From contig NIVC01000115.1 in assembly GCA_002269645.1 (NCBI GenBank), positions 1-37,921 on the forward strand: a DNA stretch of 37,921 bases, written 5' to 3'. Made by a program: the position numbers and the translations under genes. The notes under the pieces are model-generated. The model ran no database searches. It was not told the origin of the DNA and saw only the letters and a list, made by a program, of their open reading frames with translations. The DNA comes from Macrostomum lignano (lineage: Eukaryota). Below, in pieces: positions 9,531-19,974 of the stretch (position 1 is its first letter; each line of letters begins with the position of its first letter).

Positions 9531-10578
9531 AGGTAAGGGGTAGATTTGGAGTTGATTCTAAGTGGTAGGTTTTAAGCGATTCTCTCCAAGTTTAAAGGAA
9601 GTTTTGATGCTACATGTACATATTAGGACAAAGAACCCACTTTCAGGCGCTTTTCATGAAGTTTCTGATAGCTTGTGATAGCTCATACTTCGTATTTGCC
9701 TTGCGTGATTGGAAATACAAATAGTTCCTCCCTCCAAAGTTCCAACAGTGTCACAATCTGATCTGTCTGAGGAATTTGCTGTCCGCCAATAATCTCCTCC
9801 AGAAATTGCATTGGACGACTCGTCACTTCTCAGTTTCGCTTCCCGAATGCCTAGTAAATCCCCGACCAAGTTGAGTTGGCAATTCCTAATTATCCGCAGG
9901 ATCATGTGGGGCAGAGTTTTCCATTTTCCCCAGCTTATGCGCGTGTTTAGTAAAAGAATAAGAAAACTTACTGTATCAGAATTCAGCACCATAAGGTTCC
10001 CTATATGATAATACATATGTTTGTTGCTGACTCCACACTTGACTGCTCACGATTTAGGTTAGGGCTGGGTTCATGTTGTGTTTTAGTAAAAATTAGGGCT
10101 AGTATAGTCAATTGTTTGCAGTCAAAAGGGATTGGGAGTCAAACGTCACAGACAGTTTTTGACAACTTCACTTTAATTGCAGCAAACAATCTAGTGACTT
10201 TTTAGAGGCATGGATTCGTAGAGTGCAAAACCATCTGCAAGAACAAGTACAGTTTAAGTAACTTTCGATACATATCGGATAATTTTTAGAATATTTAAAT
10301 CTAACAATTTTTTGTGAGTTTAAATGTGCACTTTTTATCTCTTTCGATACATATCGGCTAATCGCTACTACAATAGTGCTTTATTGACATAAAATAATAA
10401 GAAAGGGCATTTAATCCTTTTATCGTAAAATCACGCCGACTTGTTTGGCTATGCAATTTTTATTTTAAATAATCAATTAATATATTAAAGTACAATGTAA
10501 TAGCATAATTGAAATTGGTATAGCCTTATGCTATTCAATGCAGACAAGCACAAACGGGGTGAAATTAAACAAAGGTGA

Positions 10579-10580
<2 letters not shown>

Positions 10581-10615
<35 letters not shown>
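10581..10615. repeat. (GA)n microsatellite
   Basis: Perfect GA run. Confidence 0.95.
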
Positions 10616-10617
<2 letters not shown>

Positions 10618-11830
10618 GTAACTCAGTCACCGAATGACCATCCGAGTCCCCACTCTCCTCGGCATCGCCTTATTTTAGTCGACTAGTCCATTTTTTGTTT
10701 TTACCCTACTAAATTAGTAGGAAAACGCAAACTGTGCTACTGATAGTACGAGTGTCGGTTATTATTGTCAATATTCATTCGAATGGCAGATGTATGAATA
10801 ATTTAGCAGCCAAATAAATTTGGGGTTGCAAGGAGACGGTGCTTATAATTATGAATATTGCATTCGCTTTAATGCAGGTGCTTTATTAAATTTACAATCT
10901 AGTAAAAATAATAGCAAAAACAGTCGATGTTATATAAGATCAAACTCAAACAGAGAGCAGTAAAGCAAAATAAGCAAAGTTAGACTTTAATCTATTCGCT
11001 ATTTAAGCCTTTCTTAAAATAGCAAATCGGCGAAATTAAAGCCAGGTAAAATTTCAACTAAAAATTGGTTATGCGGCAACAAAACACAGTAATATAACAA
11101 ATTTATGAGTGCTTCAACACCGGAAAATAGGTCGAAAATAGAGAATGTATCGTTTTTTATACTAGCAGTAGCATCGTTGGTTTTTTTATCGATGCATAAT
11201 TGGACTTTATTTCCGAAGAATGAATGCAACCAGAAATTAGGAATCACAGTTTAGGATTATTGAAAATCTGAACTTTTTTAATAATAAAAAGTAAACTTAA
11301 ATTTAAACCCTAAAATACAAATACAACAAACAAAAGTCAATAGAGTACAATTTAGAAACACAACACAAAATTATTTGCACTAACGACGCCATGTAAATAT
11401 CGTAGGAGCACTAACTAACAAGTATAATACAACTAAATTTAATATTGTACAGGTTCAGAGCAAAGACTCGACACAGTAAATAAAACGAATAACTTGAGAA
11501 AACGTGCAACAAAGCTGTTATTACTATCATTATTATTAAATCATTAGTAAGTAAGTACAAGAGATTCAATGAAATAAATAACTTTCTAGACGGCATACGA
11601 AAAAAATAGCCAATGACATTCGCTACAGTACAGATAGATATAAACGGTTAAGGAGAATGTCACGCACTGATTTCTACAAGTTTTATGCATAGAAAAGCAA
11701 AGTGTGGAAAGATGATAAACATAAACGAAATAGACGTTTAATATAATGAAGGATATGGAGCAATGCGTAAGTACTAGGAGCTCGCACAAACCCTCTTAAA
11801 ATTTTGCAGCGAGAAACTGGCTTTAGTAAA

Positions 11831-12130
11831 ATGTACACTCGATTTCTAAAAATAGCCACATGCTCCCTCCAGCCCAGTCAAAATCTCTACCCCGTCTAGA
11901 TGTACACCCGATTTCTAAAAATAGCTACATGCTCCCTCCAGCCCAGTCAAAAGCTCTACCCCGTCTAGATGTACACCCGATTTCTAAAAATAGCCACATG
12001 CTCCCTCCAGCCCAGTCAAAATCTCTACCCCGTCTAGATGTACACCCGATTTCTAAAAATAGCTACATGCTCCCTCCAGCCCAGTCAAAAGCTCTATCCC
12101 GTCTAGATGTACCCCGGTTCTAAAAATAGC
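11831..12130. repeat. 69-bp tandem repeat with alternating A/B variants, ~4 copies
   Basis: ATGTACACCCGATTTCTAAAAATAGC(C/T)ACATGCTCCCTCCAGCCCAGTCAAAA(T/G)CTCTACCCCGTCTAG. Confidence 0.9.
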
Positions 12131-12435
12131 CCACATGCTCTCCCAGCCATGACTCTACCCAGCCTTGATGTAGCTCGTATATCCAATGTAAAAACAACCC
12201 ACATGCTCCAGCTCAGCGAAAAATTCTATTGAATACTTTGCCTGGATGTACACCTGATTTTTTAAAAACAGTCTACTTGCTCCAGCGCACAGACAGTTAG
12301 ATACATTACCTCTTCCAGAAATGTACACCTCGTATAAAAATTGCATCAACACAGAAGCGAAATAAATATACATCATGGTCATCTAGCAAACCGATATCCT
12401 GGCACAAGATATACGAAACTAAAAAAGCAGCAAAA

Positions 12436-12712
12436 TCAGGACTCCTCTTGCAGGAAATTGCTCGGCACGAGACCCTCGGCACCATTTCGTTCTAACCGGC
12501 CCATTAGAAAGCCGTCGTCGTCCATTGGTCCCAGTGCGATGATCACGTCGCCAGCGACAAAGCTGAGCTCCATATCGGAGTCAACATTGGGGCTAAGCTC
12601 CTTGGGATCGTAGTCGTATAAAGCTACAAGTCGGCGAAGCGGCGTTGCACCATTTGCTGCTGACGAGGACGGTTGCTGCTGTTGCTGCTGATGGAGTTGC
12701 TGCTGCTGCTGC

Positions 12713-12747
<35 letters not shown>

Positions 12748-12909
12748 TTGTTGCGACAGAAGCAGATCCAGTTGGCTCGGATCGTCAATTTGTCCAACAG
12801 GAACTTCGTTCACCATATTATAGGGGATCAGACCCGTGCGACCGTTGCATTCGCCGTGGTAAAATCCGTCTTCATCTCGGTCGCCCCACACCTTCATCAG
12901 CTGACCTTC
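12436..12909 (-). CDS. RIMBP2: RIM-BP last exon: second half of SH3-2, polyQ, SH3-3, stop
   Basis: Acceptor CCGCAG|GAA. EGQLMKVWGDRDEDGFYHGEC; LVALYDYDP..GLVPSNF. Confidence 0.9.
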
Positions 12910-12964
12910 CTGCGGTGGGGAAAGGAAATGGAAGAAAAAAATTGAGGAAAATCTCACATTGATC

Positions 12965-13162
12965 ACCCCCCTGAGTCACTGCCATTCCCTCCTTGATCCT
13001 CCACTGAGTCACCGCCATTCCCTCCTTGATCCTCCACTGAGTCACCGCCATTCCCTCCTTGATCCTCCACTGAGTCACCGCCATTCCCTCCTTGATCCTC
13101 CACTGAGTCACCGCCATTCCCTCCTTGATCCTCCGCTGAGTCACCGCCATTCCCTCCTTGAT
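12965..13162. repeat. 33-bp intronic tandem repeat, ~6 copies
   Basis: ACTGAGTCACCGCCATTCCCTCCTTGATCCTCC units. Confidence 0.9.
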
Positions 13163-13213
13163 CCCGACACCCACAGCCCTTGAGCACACCCCAGCACAGC
13201 GAATTCAACCAAC

Positions 13214-13902
13214 CTTAAACGGCAACTCCTCTTGAATGGCATCCGGGTTCGGGCTCATTGTGGCGGGATCATAGTCGAATAGGGCAACAAAAATCCTGGA
13301 TATCCCGGATGGAGCAGCTCGCTGTTGCTGCTGCGGTTGCTGCTGCTGTTGCATATGCGGCTGCTGCTGCGGCTGCTCAGGCTCCGGCATTTCAAATGAC
13401 GACTCCTGCTGCTGACTGGGATGCCGCCTTTGCCGGCCTGCTCGATCCCTGCTCCCAGCTTGATGATGATGGTGCTGCTGCTGCTGCTGCTGCTGAGGCG
13501 GCGCCGGCGGAGGCGGAGGCGGCGGCGAGTCAGACCGGTGGCCACTTTGTCGGCGACTTCGCGATCCTCCGCCTCCGCCGCCACCGCCGCCGCCGCCGCC
13601 TGCCGCCGCCGATGACTGCCTGGCCTGATGCCGGCCGTGATGGTACGGCTCGCCTCGCCTGCCACCGTAGTGCCGGTCCCGCTGCTGCTGGTAGCGGTCC
13701 CGGTCCCGATCCCGATCCCGGTCCCGATCCCGGTCCCGATCCCGGTCCCGATCCCGGTCCCGATCCCGATCCCAGCCGGAGCCGCGACCGCCGCGTCTGC
13801 CGCTGTCGTAGGGATGCGTGACGTCATCGCTGATGATCTCGTCCTCCTCGGGCATGTACTCCTCTTCGGCGTCGGAATAGGGCAGGTCCTCGTTGGTGAC
13901 GT
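13214..13902 (-). CDS. RIMBP2: RIM-BP exon: acidic, (RD)n, polyG/P/Q/H linker and first half of SH3-2
   Basis: Acceptor CTCCAG|AC (phase 1); donor AAG|GTTGGT (phase 0). RIFVALFDYDPATMSPNPDAIQEELPFK. Confidence 0.88.
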
Positions 13903-14007
13903 CTGGAGGGTTGGCAGTCAGTTCTATGCTTGAGCGATTTCCGATGCATATCGTTGCAATAAGCTTAGTGAAATAAGACAACTGGCACTCTGATCCTGGC
14001 TTCTGTC

Positions 14008-15150
14008 ATATGACTCCATGTCCCTGTCATATGACTCCATGTCCCTGTCATATGACTCCATGTCCCTGTCATATGACTCCATGTCCCTGTCATTTGACTC
14101 CATGTCCCTGTCATTTGACTCCATGTCCCTGTCATTTGACTCCATGTCCCTGTCATATGACTCCATGTCCCTGTCATATGACTCCATGTCCCTGTCATTT
14201 GACTCCATGTCCCTGTCATTTGACTCCATGTCCTGTCATATGACTTCATATGATCTCCTTAATCCCTGTCACTCTCATCTCACTAATCCCTTACACTCTG
14301 ATCTCCTTAATCCTTGTCACTTTCATCTCACTAATCCCTGTCACTCTCATCTCACTAATCCCTGTCACACTCATCTCACTAATCCCTGTCACACTGATCT
14401 CACTAATCCCTGTCACTCTGATCTCACTAATTCCTGTCACTCTGATCTCCTTAATCCCTGTCACTCTGTTCTCACTAATCCCTGTCACTCTGATCTCACT
14501 AATCCCTGTCACTCTGATCTCCCTAATCCCTGTCACTCTGATCTCACTAATCGCTGTCACACTGATCTCCCTAATCCCTGTCACACTGATCTCCCTAATC
14601 CCTGTCACTCTGATCTCACTAATCCCTGTCACACTGATCTCCCTAATCCCTGTCACTCTGACTCCCTAATCCCTGTCACTCTGATCTCCCTAATCCCTAT
14701 CACTCTGATCTCCCTAATCCCTGCCACTCTGATCTCACTAATCCCTGTCACTCTGATCTCCCTAATCCCTGTCACACTGATCTCCCTAATCCCTGTCACT
14801 CTGATCTCCCTAATCCCTGTCACTCTGATCTCCCTAATCCCTGTCACTCTGACTCCCTAATCCCTGTCACTCTGATCTCCCTAATCCCTGTCACTCTGAC
14901 TCCCTAATCCCTGTCACTCTGACTCCCTAATCCCTGTCACTCTGATCTCCTTAATCCCTGTCACTCTGATCTCACTAATCCCTGTCACTCTGATCTCCCT
15001 AATCCCTGTCACTCTGATCTCCCTAATCCCTGTCACTCTGATCTCACTAATCCCTGTCACTCTGATCTCACTAATCCCTGTCACTCTGATCTCCCTAATC
15101 CCTGTCACTCTGACTCCCTAATCCCTGTCAGTCTGACTCCCTAATCCCTG
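14008..15150. repeat. Compound minisatellite: 21-bp (TGACTCCATGTCCCTGTCATA) array followed by 24-bp (TAATCCCTGTCACTCTGATCTCAC) array
   Basis: 21-mers at ~14008-14237, 24-mers at ~14250-15150; shared core TCCCTGTCA. Confidence 0.95.
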
Positions 15151-15237
15151 TCACTCTGTACCTCTGTCCCTGTACCCGCCCTGTCACTCTGTCCCTGTAC
15201 CCGCCCGAAAGACAAGAGAAAGAAAGCAAGAACTCAC

Positions 15238-15322
15238 GAATTTCAGGTACAGAAACATTCTTTGACAGCCGTTTGTGACCTTGTCTGTAGGCTCTGTAAT
15301 CTTCTGTAGGCGATTTGCCAAC
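15238..15322 (-). CDS. RIMBP2: RIM-BP small exon (VGKSPTEDYRAYRQGHKRLSKNVSVPEI)
   Basis: Strong acceptor TTTTTTATTCCAG| and donor C|GTGAGT. At 85 nt it bridges the phase-0 upstream exon to the phase-1 downstream exon. Confidence 0.8.
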
Positions 15323-15503
15323 CTGGAATAAAAAAAAACAATTTCATATAATATCAAATAAATGAAATGAAATGAAATAACTAAATTAAACAGGACAAGA
15401 AAAGTAAATCACTGAACAACACCAAGTAGAAAAACGAATTATAAGAATAAAAATGACTACAAGCCAACCAACGCCACACTGAAGCCGTCACCATGATAGA
15501 AAA

Positions 15504-15509
15504 TTTATT
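15504..15509 (-). terminator. Intronic polyadenylation signal AATAAA for the alternative terminal exon
   Basis: About 53 nt after the stop at 15562, followed on the minus strand by a GT-rich stretch (GTGTGGCGTTGGTTGG). Confidence 0.6.
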
Positions 15510-15561
15510 TATCAAGTGCCATAAAACAGGTTCCTTGCCACCTCAACACGAAAGCTCCACC

Positions 15562-17859
15562 TCAGCTGGAGCCTTCGCCTCCTCCGGCGAGGTTCTTCGG
15601 GTCCAGCTTCTTGAACATGCTCGCCGTGCCCTCGCCGAACGCTTCAAATCTCTTCTTGGTGTCCCCACCGAAGGCGTCGAACTTTTTCTTAGTATCCTCG
15701 TTGAACGCTGCGAATTTCTTTTTATTTTCCTCGTTGAAGGCTTCGAAATTTTTTCGATTCTCCTCGTTCGCTTCGCGGATCTTTTCGCCCGTCTCATCGG
15801 CGATTTCCTCCACTTTTTCTTGGAATTCGTGGAAGCCTTTCTTTAGCCGGCCTAAGAAGCTCGAGTCCTCGGGATCGTTGGGATCGCCTTCGGCACCTTC
15901 AACACCTTCGGCACCTTCAGCACCTTCGGCACCTTCAGCGCCTTCAGCAGCCGCAGCTTCAGCAGCCGCAGCTTCAGCAGCCGCAGCTTCAGCAGCCGCA
16001 GCTTCAGCAGCCGCAGCTTCAGCAGCCGCAGCTTCAGCAGCCGCAGCTTCAGCAGCCGCAGCTTCAGCAGCCGCAGCTTCAGCGGCCGCAGCTTCAGCAG
16101 CCACAGCTTCAGCAGCCGCAGCTTCAGCGGCCGCAGCTTCAGCAGCCACGGCAGCCTCCTCTTCAGGCGTTGGCAGGGGTTCACCCCTAGGGCCCCGCTG
16201 CCTACCCTCGGCCGCTTCGTCGACTGTCCGACCAAACTCGTCCAACAGTTCCCCGCCGGGTCCTCGGACAACCTGTCCGGTGGATTTGTCTTCGAGCACG
16301 CCGAACTCGTTGACCCGCCAGCCGCACTCGGAGGCCAGCAGATGACCGCTCGCCGGGTCGCGAGGCGCGCCGCACACCGGGCGACACCGAGCGTCGAAGT
16401 AGCGACCCTGGGCGTCTCTCAACGGCGCCCCGGTTGAGGCGTCGACCAGCAGGCCGAATTCGTTCTCGCGTCTTTCTGCCGAGTCAATAACGGCTTGACT
16501 GTCGGCGTCAACAAGCTGCTGCTCGTCGGCCAGACAGACTTTCCGGCAAGCCAGCGGCCGACCTCCGGCGTCGAGCAGCTCACCGTTTGGCCCAAGCACG
16601 GGCTGCCCGGTGTCCGAGCTGGTCAGCACTCCGAGCTCGTTCGGCTCGGCCGGCGACACCAGACTGCCGTCCGGGCGGCGGACTCCGTGCACCGGACGAC
16701 AATCGGAGTCGAAAAACTCGCCGGACGGACCTCGGACTGGCCGGCCGGACTCGTCCAGCAGGACGCCATTGTCGTTGACGCCGCCAGTTGGCAGCGGCGT
16801 GCCAGTCGACGTGTTCAACAGTCGGCCAGTGGACGCATCAAGCCGGGCCCGGCGACAATCGATTGGCCGGCCGGACGGGTCGAGCAGCTGGCCGTCCGGC
16901 CCCGGCTCGCTCAGCACGCCGTAGTAGTTCGGCTGCTGGGCCTCGTCGTCGACCAGCTGGCCGTTCGGCAGCCGCCGGCCGTAAACGACGGCGCCGTCGG
17001 GAGGGCCATAAAATTCTCCGTTTAGTCCGCGAAGCGGCAGCCCGCGCGAGTCGGCCAGCACGTTGAACTCGTTGGCCACGGCGTCGGCCACTTCGTCCGG
17101 CGAGTCAACACGACGACAGGCGATTTCGGCTGCCGTTGCGTCCAATAGTTCGCGTCCGGTCGGCCCGGACAGTGGCCGGTTGTCTGTCCCGGACACTAAC
17201 ACGCCGAAGTAGTTGAGCTTTGGAGGCGGGTCGTCTGGCTTGCACGCCAGCAGACGGCCATCGTCGGGATGTCGGAGGCCGCCGAGAGCGGGCCGGCCGT
17301 CGGCACCAAAGAACTCGCCGCGGCTGCCTCGCAGCGGCACGGAGCCGACAGTCAGGATGCCGTGTGAGTTCGCCGCGGCCTCGGGAAACGCGTCCAACGG
17401 AGCAGCACCGTCCGGGACTGGCCGGCAGGCGATCGGCCGACCGTCCGAGTCGATTAGAGTGCCGTCTGGTCGGGTGAGAGCCAGGCCGGTGTCCAGATTA
17501 GCCAGGACGCCGAACCAGTTGACGGCGGGCGGCGGGTCGCCCAGCAGCTCGCCGTCGGGGCCGCGCGGCCCGTAGACCGGCTGGCCGTTGGAGGAGAAAA
17601 ACTCGCCAGACTGGCCTCGGATCGGGACGCCGTTTTCGTCGATTAGCACGCCGTTAGCGTTGACGCTTGTAGCGTCGCCGAAGGTCGTAGAATTATTAAA
17701 TCCGTTAGACTCCGGTACAAGACGGCCGTCCGGGGTTCGAGTCGCGATTCGACAAAGTATGGGAGCGCCGTCTGGCGGAGATCGGAATTCGCCGCTCGGA
17801 GTTCGCAGCGGCTGACCGGTTGAGGGATCAACCAGGATGCCGAATTCGTTGGTTTGGGC
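15562..17859 (-). CDS. Putative alternative terminal exon of RIM-BP (765 aa): 11 NxxG[VI]L repeats, (EAAAA)n spacer, 11-mer amphipathic tail
   Basis: Open 2298-nt GC-rich frame whose only Met lies near the C-terminus, with an in-frame TAA just upstream. Acceptor CCTTGTGTCAG|GCC is phase 0, matching the donor at 18831; own polyA signal. Confidence 0.75.
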   Translation of the reverse strand, partial: AQTNEFGILVDPSTGQPLRTPSGEFRSPPDGAPILCRIATRTPDGRLVPESNGFNNSTTFGDATSVNANGVLIDENGVPIRGQSGEFFSSNGQPVYGPRGPDGELLGDPPPAVNWFGVLANLDTGLALTRPDGTLIDSDGRPIACRPVPDGAAPLDAFPEAAANSHGILTVGSVPLRGSRGEFFGADGRPALGGLRHPDDGRLLACKPDDPPPKLNYFGVLVSGTDNRPLSGPTGRELLDATAAEIACRRVDSPDEVADAVANEFNVLADSRGLPLRGLNGEFYGPPDGAVVYGRRLPNGQLVDDEAQQPNYYGVLSEPGPDGQLLDPSGRPIDCRRARLDASTGRLLNTSTGTPLPTGGVNDNGVLLDESGRPVRGPSGEFFDSDCRPVHGVRRPDGSLVSPAEPNELGVLTSSDTGQPVLGPNGELLDAGGRPLACRKVCLADEQQLVDADSQAVIDSAERRENEFGLLVDASTGAPLRDAQGRYFDARCRPVCGAPRDPASGHLLASECGWRVNEFGVLEDKSTGQVVRGPGGELLDEFGRTVDEAAEGRQRGPRGEPLPTPEEEAAVAAEAAAAEAAAAEAVAAEAAAAEAAAAEAAAAEAAAAEAAAAEAAAAEAAAAEAAAAEAAAAEAAAAEGAEGAEGAEGAEGVEGAEGDPNDPEDSSFLGRLKKGFHEFQEKVEEIADETGEKIREANEENRKNFEAFNEENKKKFAAFNEDTKKKFDAFGGDTKKRFEAFGEGTASMFKKLDPKNLAGGGEGSS

Positions 17860-17994
17860 CTGACACAAGGGGCGCGCATGCGGTAGTGGTGGTGGTGGTG
17901 GAAGGGTGCTGGTTTAATAGTGCAAGCTGTGCTTTGATTGACAGGCACGGAATAACGATGCTTCGCATATTTTTATGTGCAAAGGAGGATAAAA

Positions 17995-18530
17995 AGTTTA
18001 CAGGGCAGGGATATAGGACAGGGAAACTATGGGTAGGAGTTGGGGTGGGTGTTTTATACACCCAGAGGAGGCTATAGTGTACATTAGGGCAGGAAAACTA
18101 AGGGTAGGAGTTGGGGTGGGTGTTTTATTCACCCAGAGGAGGCTATAGTGTACATTAGGGCAGGAAAACTAAGGGTAGGAGTTGGGGTGGGTGTTTTATT
18201 CACCCAGAGGAGGCTATAGTGTACATTAGGGCAGGCAAACTAAGGGTAGGAGTTTGGGTGGGTGTTTTATTCACCCAGAGGAGGCTATAGTGTACATTAG
18301 GGCAGGCAAACTAAAGGTAGGAGTTGGGGTGGGTGTTTTATACACCCAGAGGAGGCTACAGTGTATATTAGGGCAGGAACAGCGAAGCTAGGAGTTGGGG
18401 TGGGTGTTTAATACACTCAGAGGGAGGCTACAGAGTAAATTGGGGCAGGAAAATTGAGGGTAGAAGTTGGGGTGGGTGTTTTTTACACCCAGAGGAGGCT
18501 ACAGTGTACATTAGGGCAGGAAAACTGAGG
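17995..18530. repeat. 71-bp intronic tandem repeat, ~7-8 copies
   Basis: GTGTACATTAGGGCAGGAAAACTAAGGGTAGGAGTTGGGGTGGGTGTTTTATTCACCCAGAGGAGGCTATA units. Confidence 0.92.
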
Positions 18531-18830
18531 GTAGGAGTTGGCTGGGTGTCTTATAGAACCTGAGGAAGTTTTACCTACATGTAATAAGTAACGATATTGG
18601 CTAAACTCTAAAGAGTTAGCAGGTTAGTATATATACATAAAATGTTACTTATAGAAAACGTTTAAATAGCACAATCTACAACAAAATAAACGAGAGTAAG
18701 TTGATATCTTTTGTAAAGTTAAGACACAATCTATACAACATCAAAAGGCTACCACAGACACGTGAGAAAGGAAAAATCACTACGGATTCTAAGAAAGCTA
18801 AAATTGCTGCCAAATTGGTCTAGGCGTTAC

Positions 18831-19424
18831 CCTCGGATTGCGCGAAGCGGACAACAGGTGCTGCCTGCGCAATCGATGGAATTTCGATGGACTAACGCTG
18901 CGACTTCGAATCATTCGGTGGTCCATCAGGGCTGAGGTGTTCGAGGCGGCGGCGGCGGCGGCAGCTCCTCGCCTACTGGAGCGATGATGCTGGGAATGAG
19001 GCTGGCGCAGGCTGCCATGCTGAGGCCAGTCATCCTGCTGCTGCACCAGCTGCTGATGATGAGGCGGCAGCTGCCAGTCATCAAAGGAGGCCTGCATCTG
19101 CAGCTGCCTGTAACCGCCGCCGCCGCCAACAGGGTTGGCATTGTCGTACATGGAGGCGGGACCTGCAACGCCGTCGTTGGGATGACGAAGCAGGCCGCCC
19201 TGCTGCTGCTGCTGATGGTGATAAGCTTGATTATAACCGGCATGAACACCTGTTGGCGACCCGGTTAGATGAGGCGGCATACCAGCGGTTCTACTGAACC
19301 TGGACGACGGGCCAAGATTCAAAGGCCTACCAGACGTGGAAAGTCTTTGTTGTTGCTGCTGCTGTTGTTGTTGCAGGAGCAGAAGTTGCTGCTGTTGCTG
19401 CTTTCCGAAAGCCAGATGACGCTG
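18831..19424 (-). CDS. RIMBP2: RIM-BP exon: Q/H/S-rich disordered linker after FN3-3 (198 aa)
   Basis: NAGNAG acceptor ACAG|CAG, donor AGG|GTAACG; open 594-nt frame, phase 0 to 0. Confidence 0.75.
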
Positions 19425-19974
19425 CTGTTTTTTTTGTTTAAAACAACGGCATTTGTTTGGCGTTGTAGGATTTGAGGTTTATGGGATTTGGGGATTTAAA
19501 GGGAACAGGGTGGGTGAGAAAAAGAATTATTTTTATCCCTTTTAGAAGCTCTTGTAAAATAAAAAGTAAAAGTAGTTTTAGTTCAAAGGAAGCAACGTCG
19601 CATATCGCCCATAAACCATAGGAGACCTATAGTTGCAAGATTACGAGTATTAGGATTAAGAATCTCTGTGAATTCCAACATGCCGATAAAGTTACGAGTA
19701 ATAAATAATTATGAATTAGCCTAAAAAAGCAAATTTTCTAAAATAAACGATTTTTTATGTATGATGCGCAATTGCGGCACGATGGTTTTAAATAAAATTG
19801 ACTTTCGATACATATCGGTACAACGAGAAAACTCTTTTTTTCGATGGTTAAGTTTTAAAAAATGCAATAATGACTTAGAATCGAGGCAATAGAAATTCTT
19901 TAATTTCGATAGAAATTAAGTCATTTATAAACAATCCTTTCTCCGATACATACCAGGAAGTTTGGCAATTCCTG

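Noticed and set aside
9654-10016. 120-aa minus-strand ORF upstream of gene B
   Set aside because: No motif or compositional support; could be UTR or decayed TE.
10640-10690. Helitron-like 3' end (CCGAG..CTCGG hairpin followed by CTAG)
   Set aside because: The stem is only 5 bp and no 5' TC end or Rep/helicase remnant is identifiable.
15611-17815. Plus-strand ORFs (244 aa, 176 aa, 120 aa and others) opposite the alternative exon
   Set aside because: Antisense shadows of a GC-rich coding sequence.
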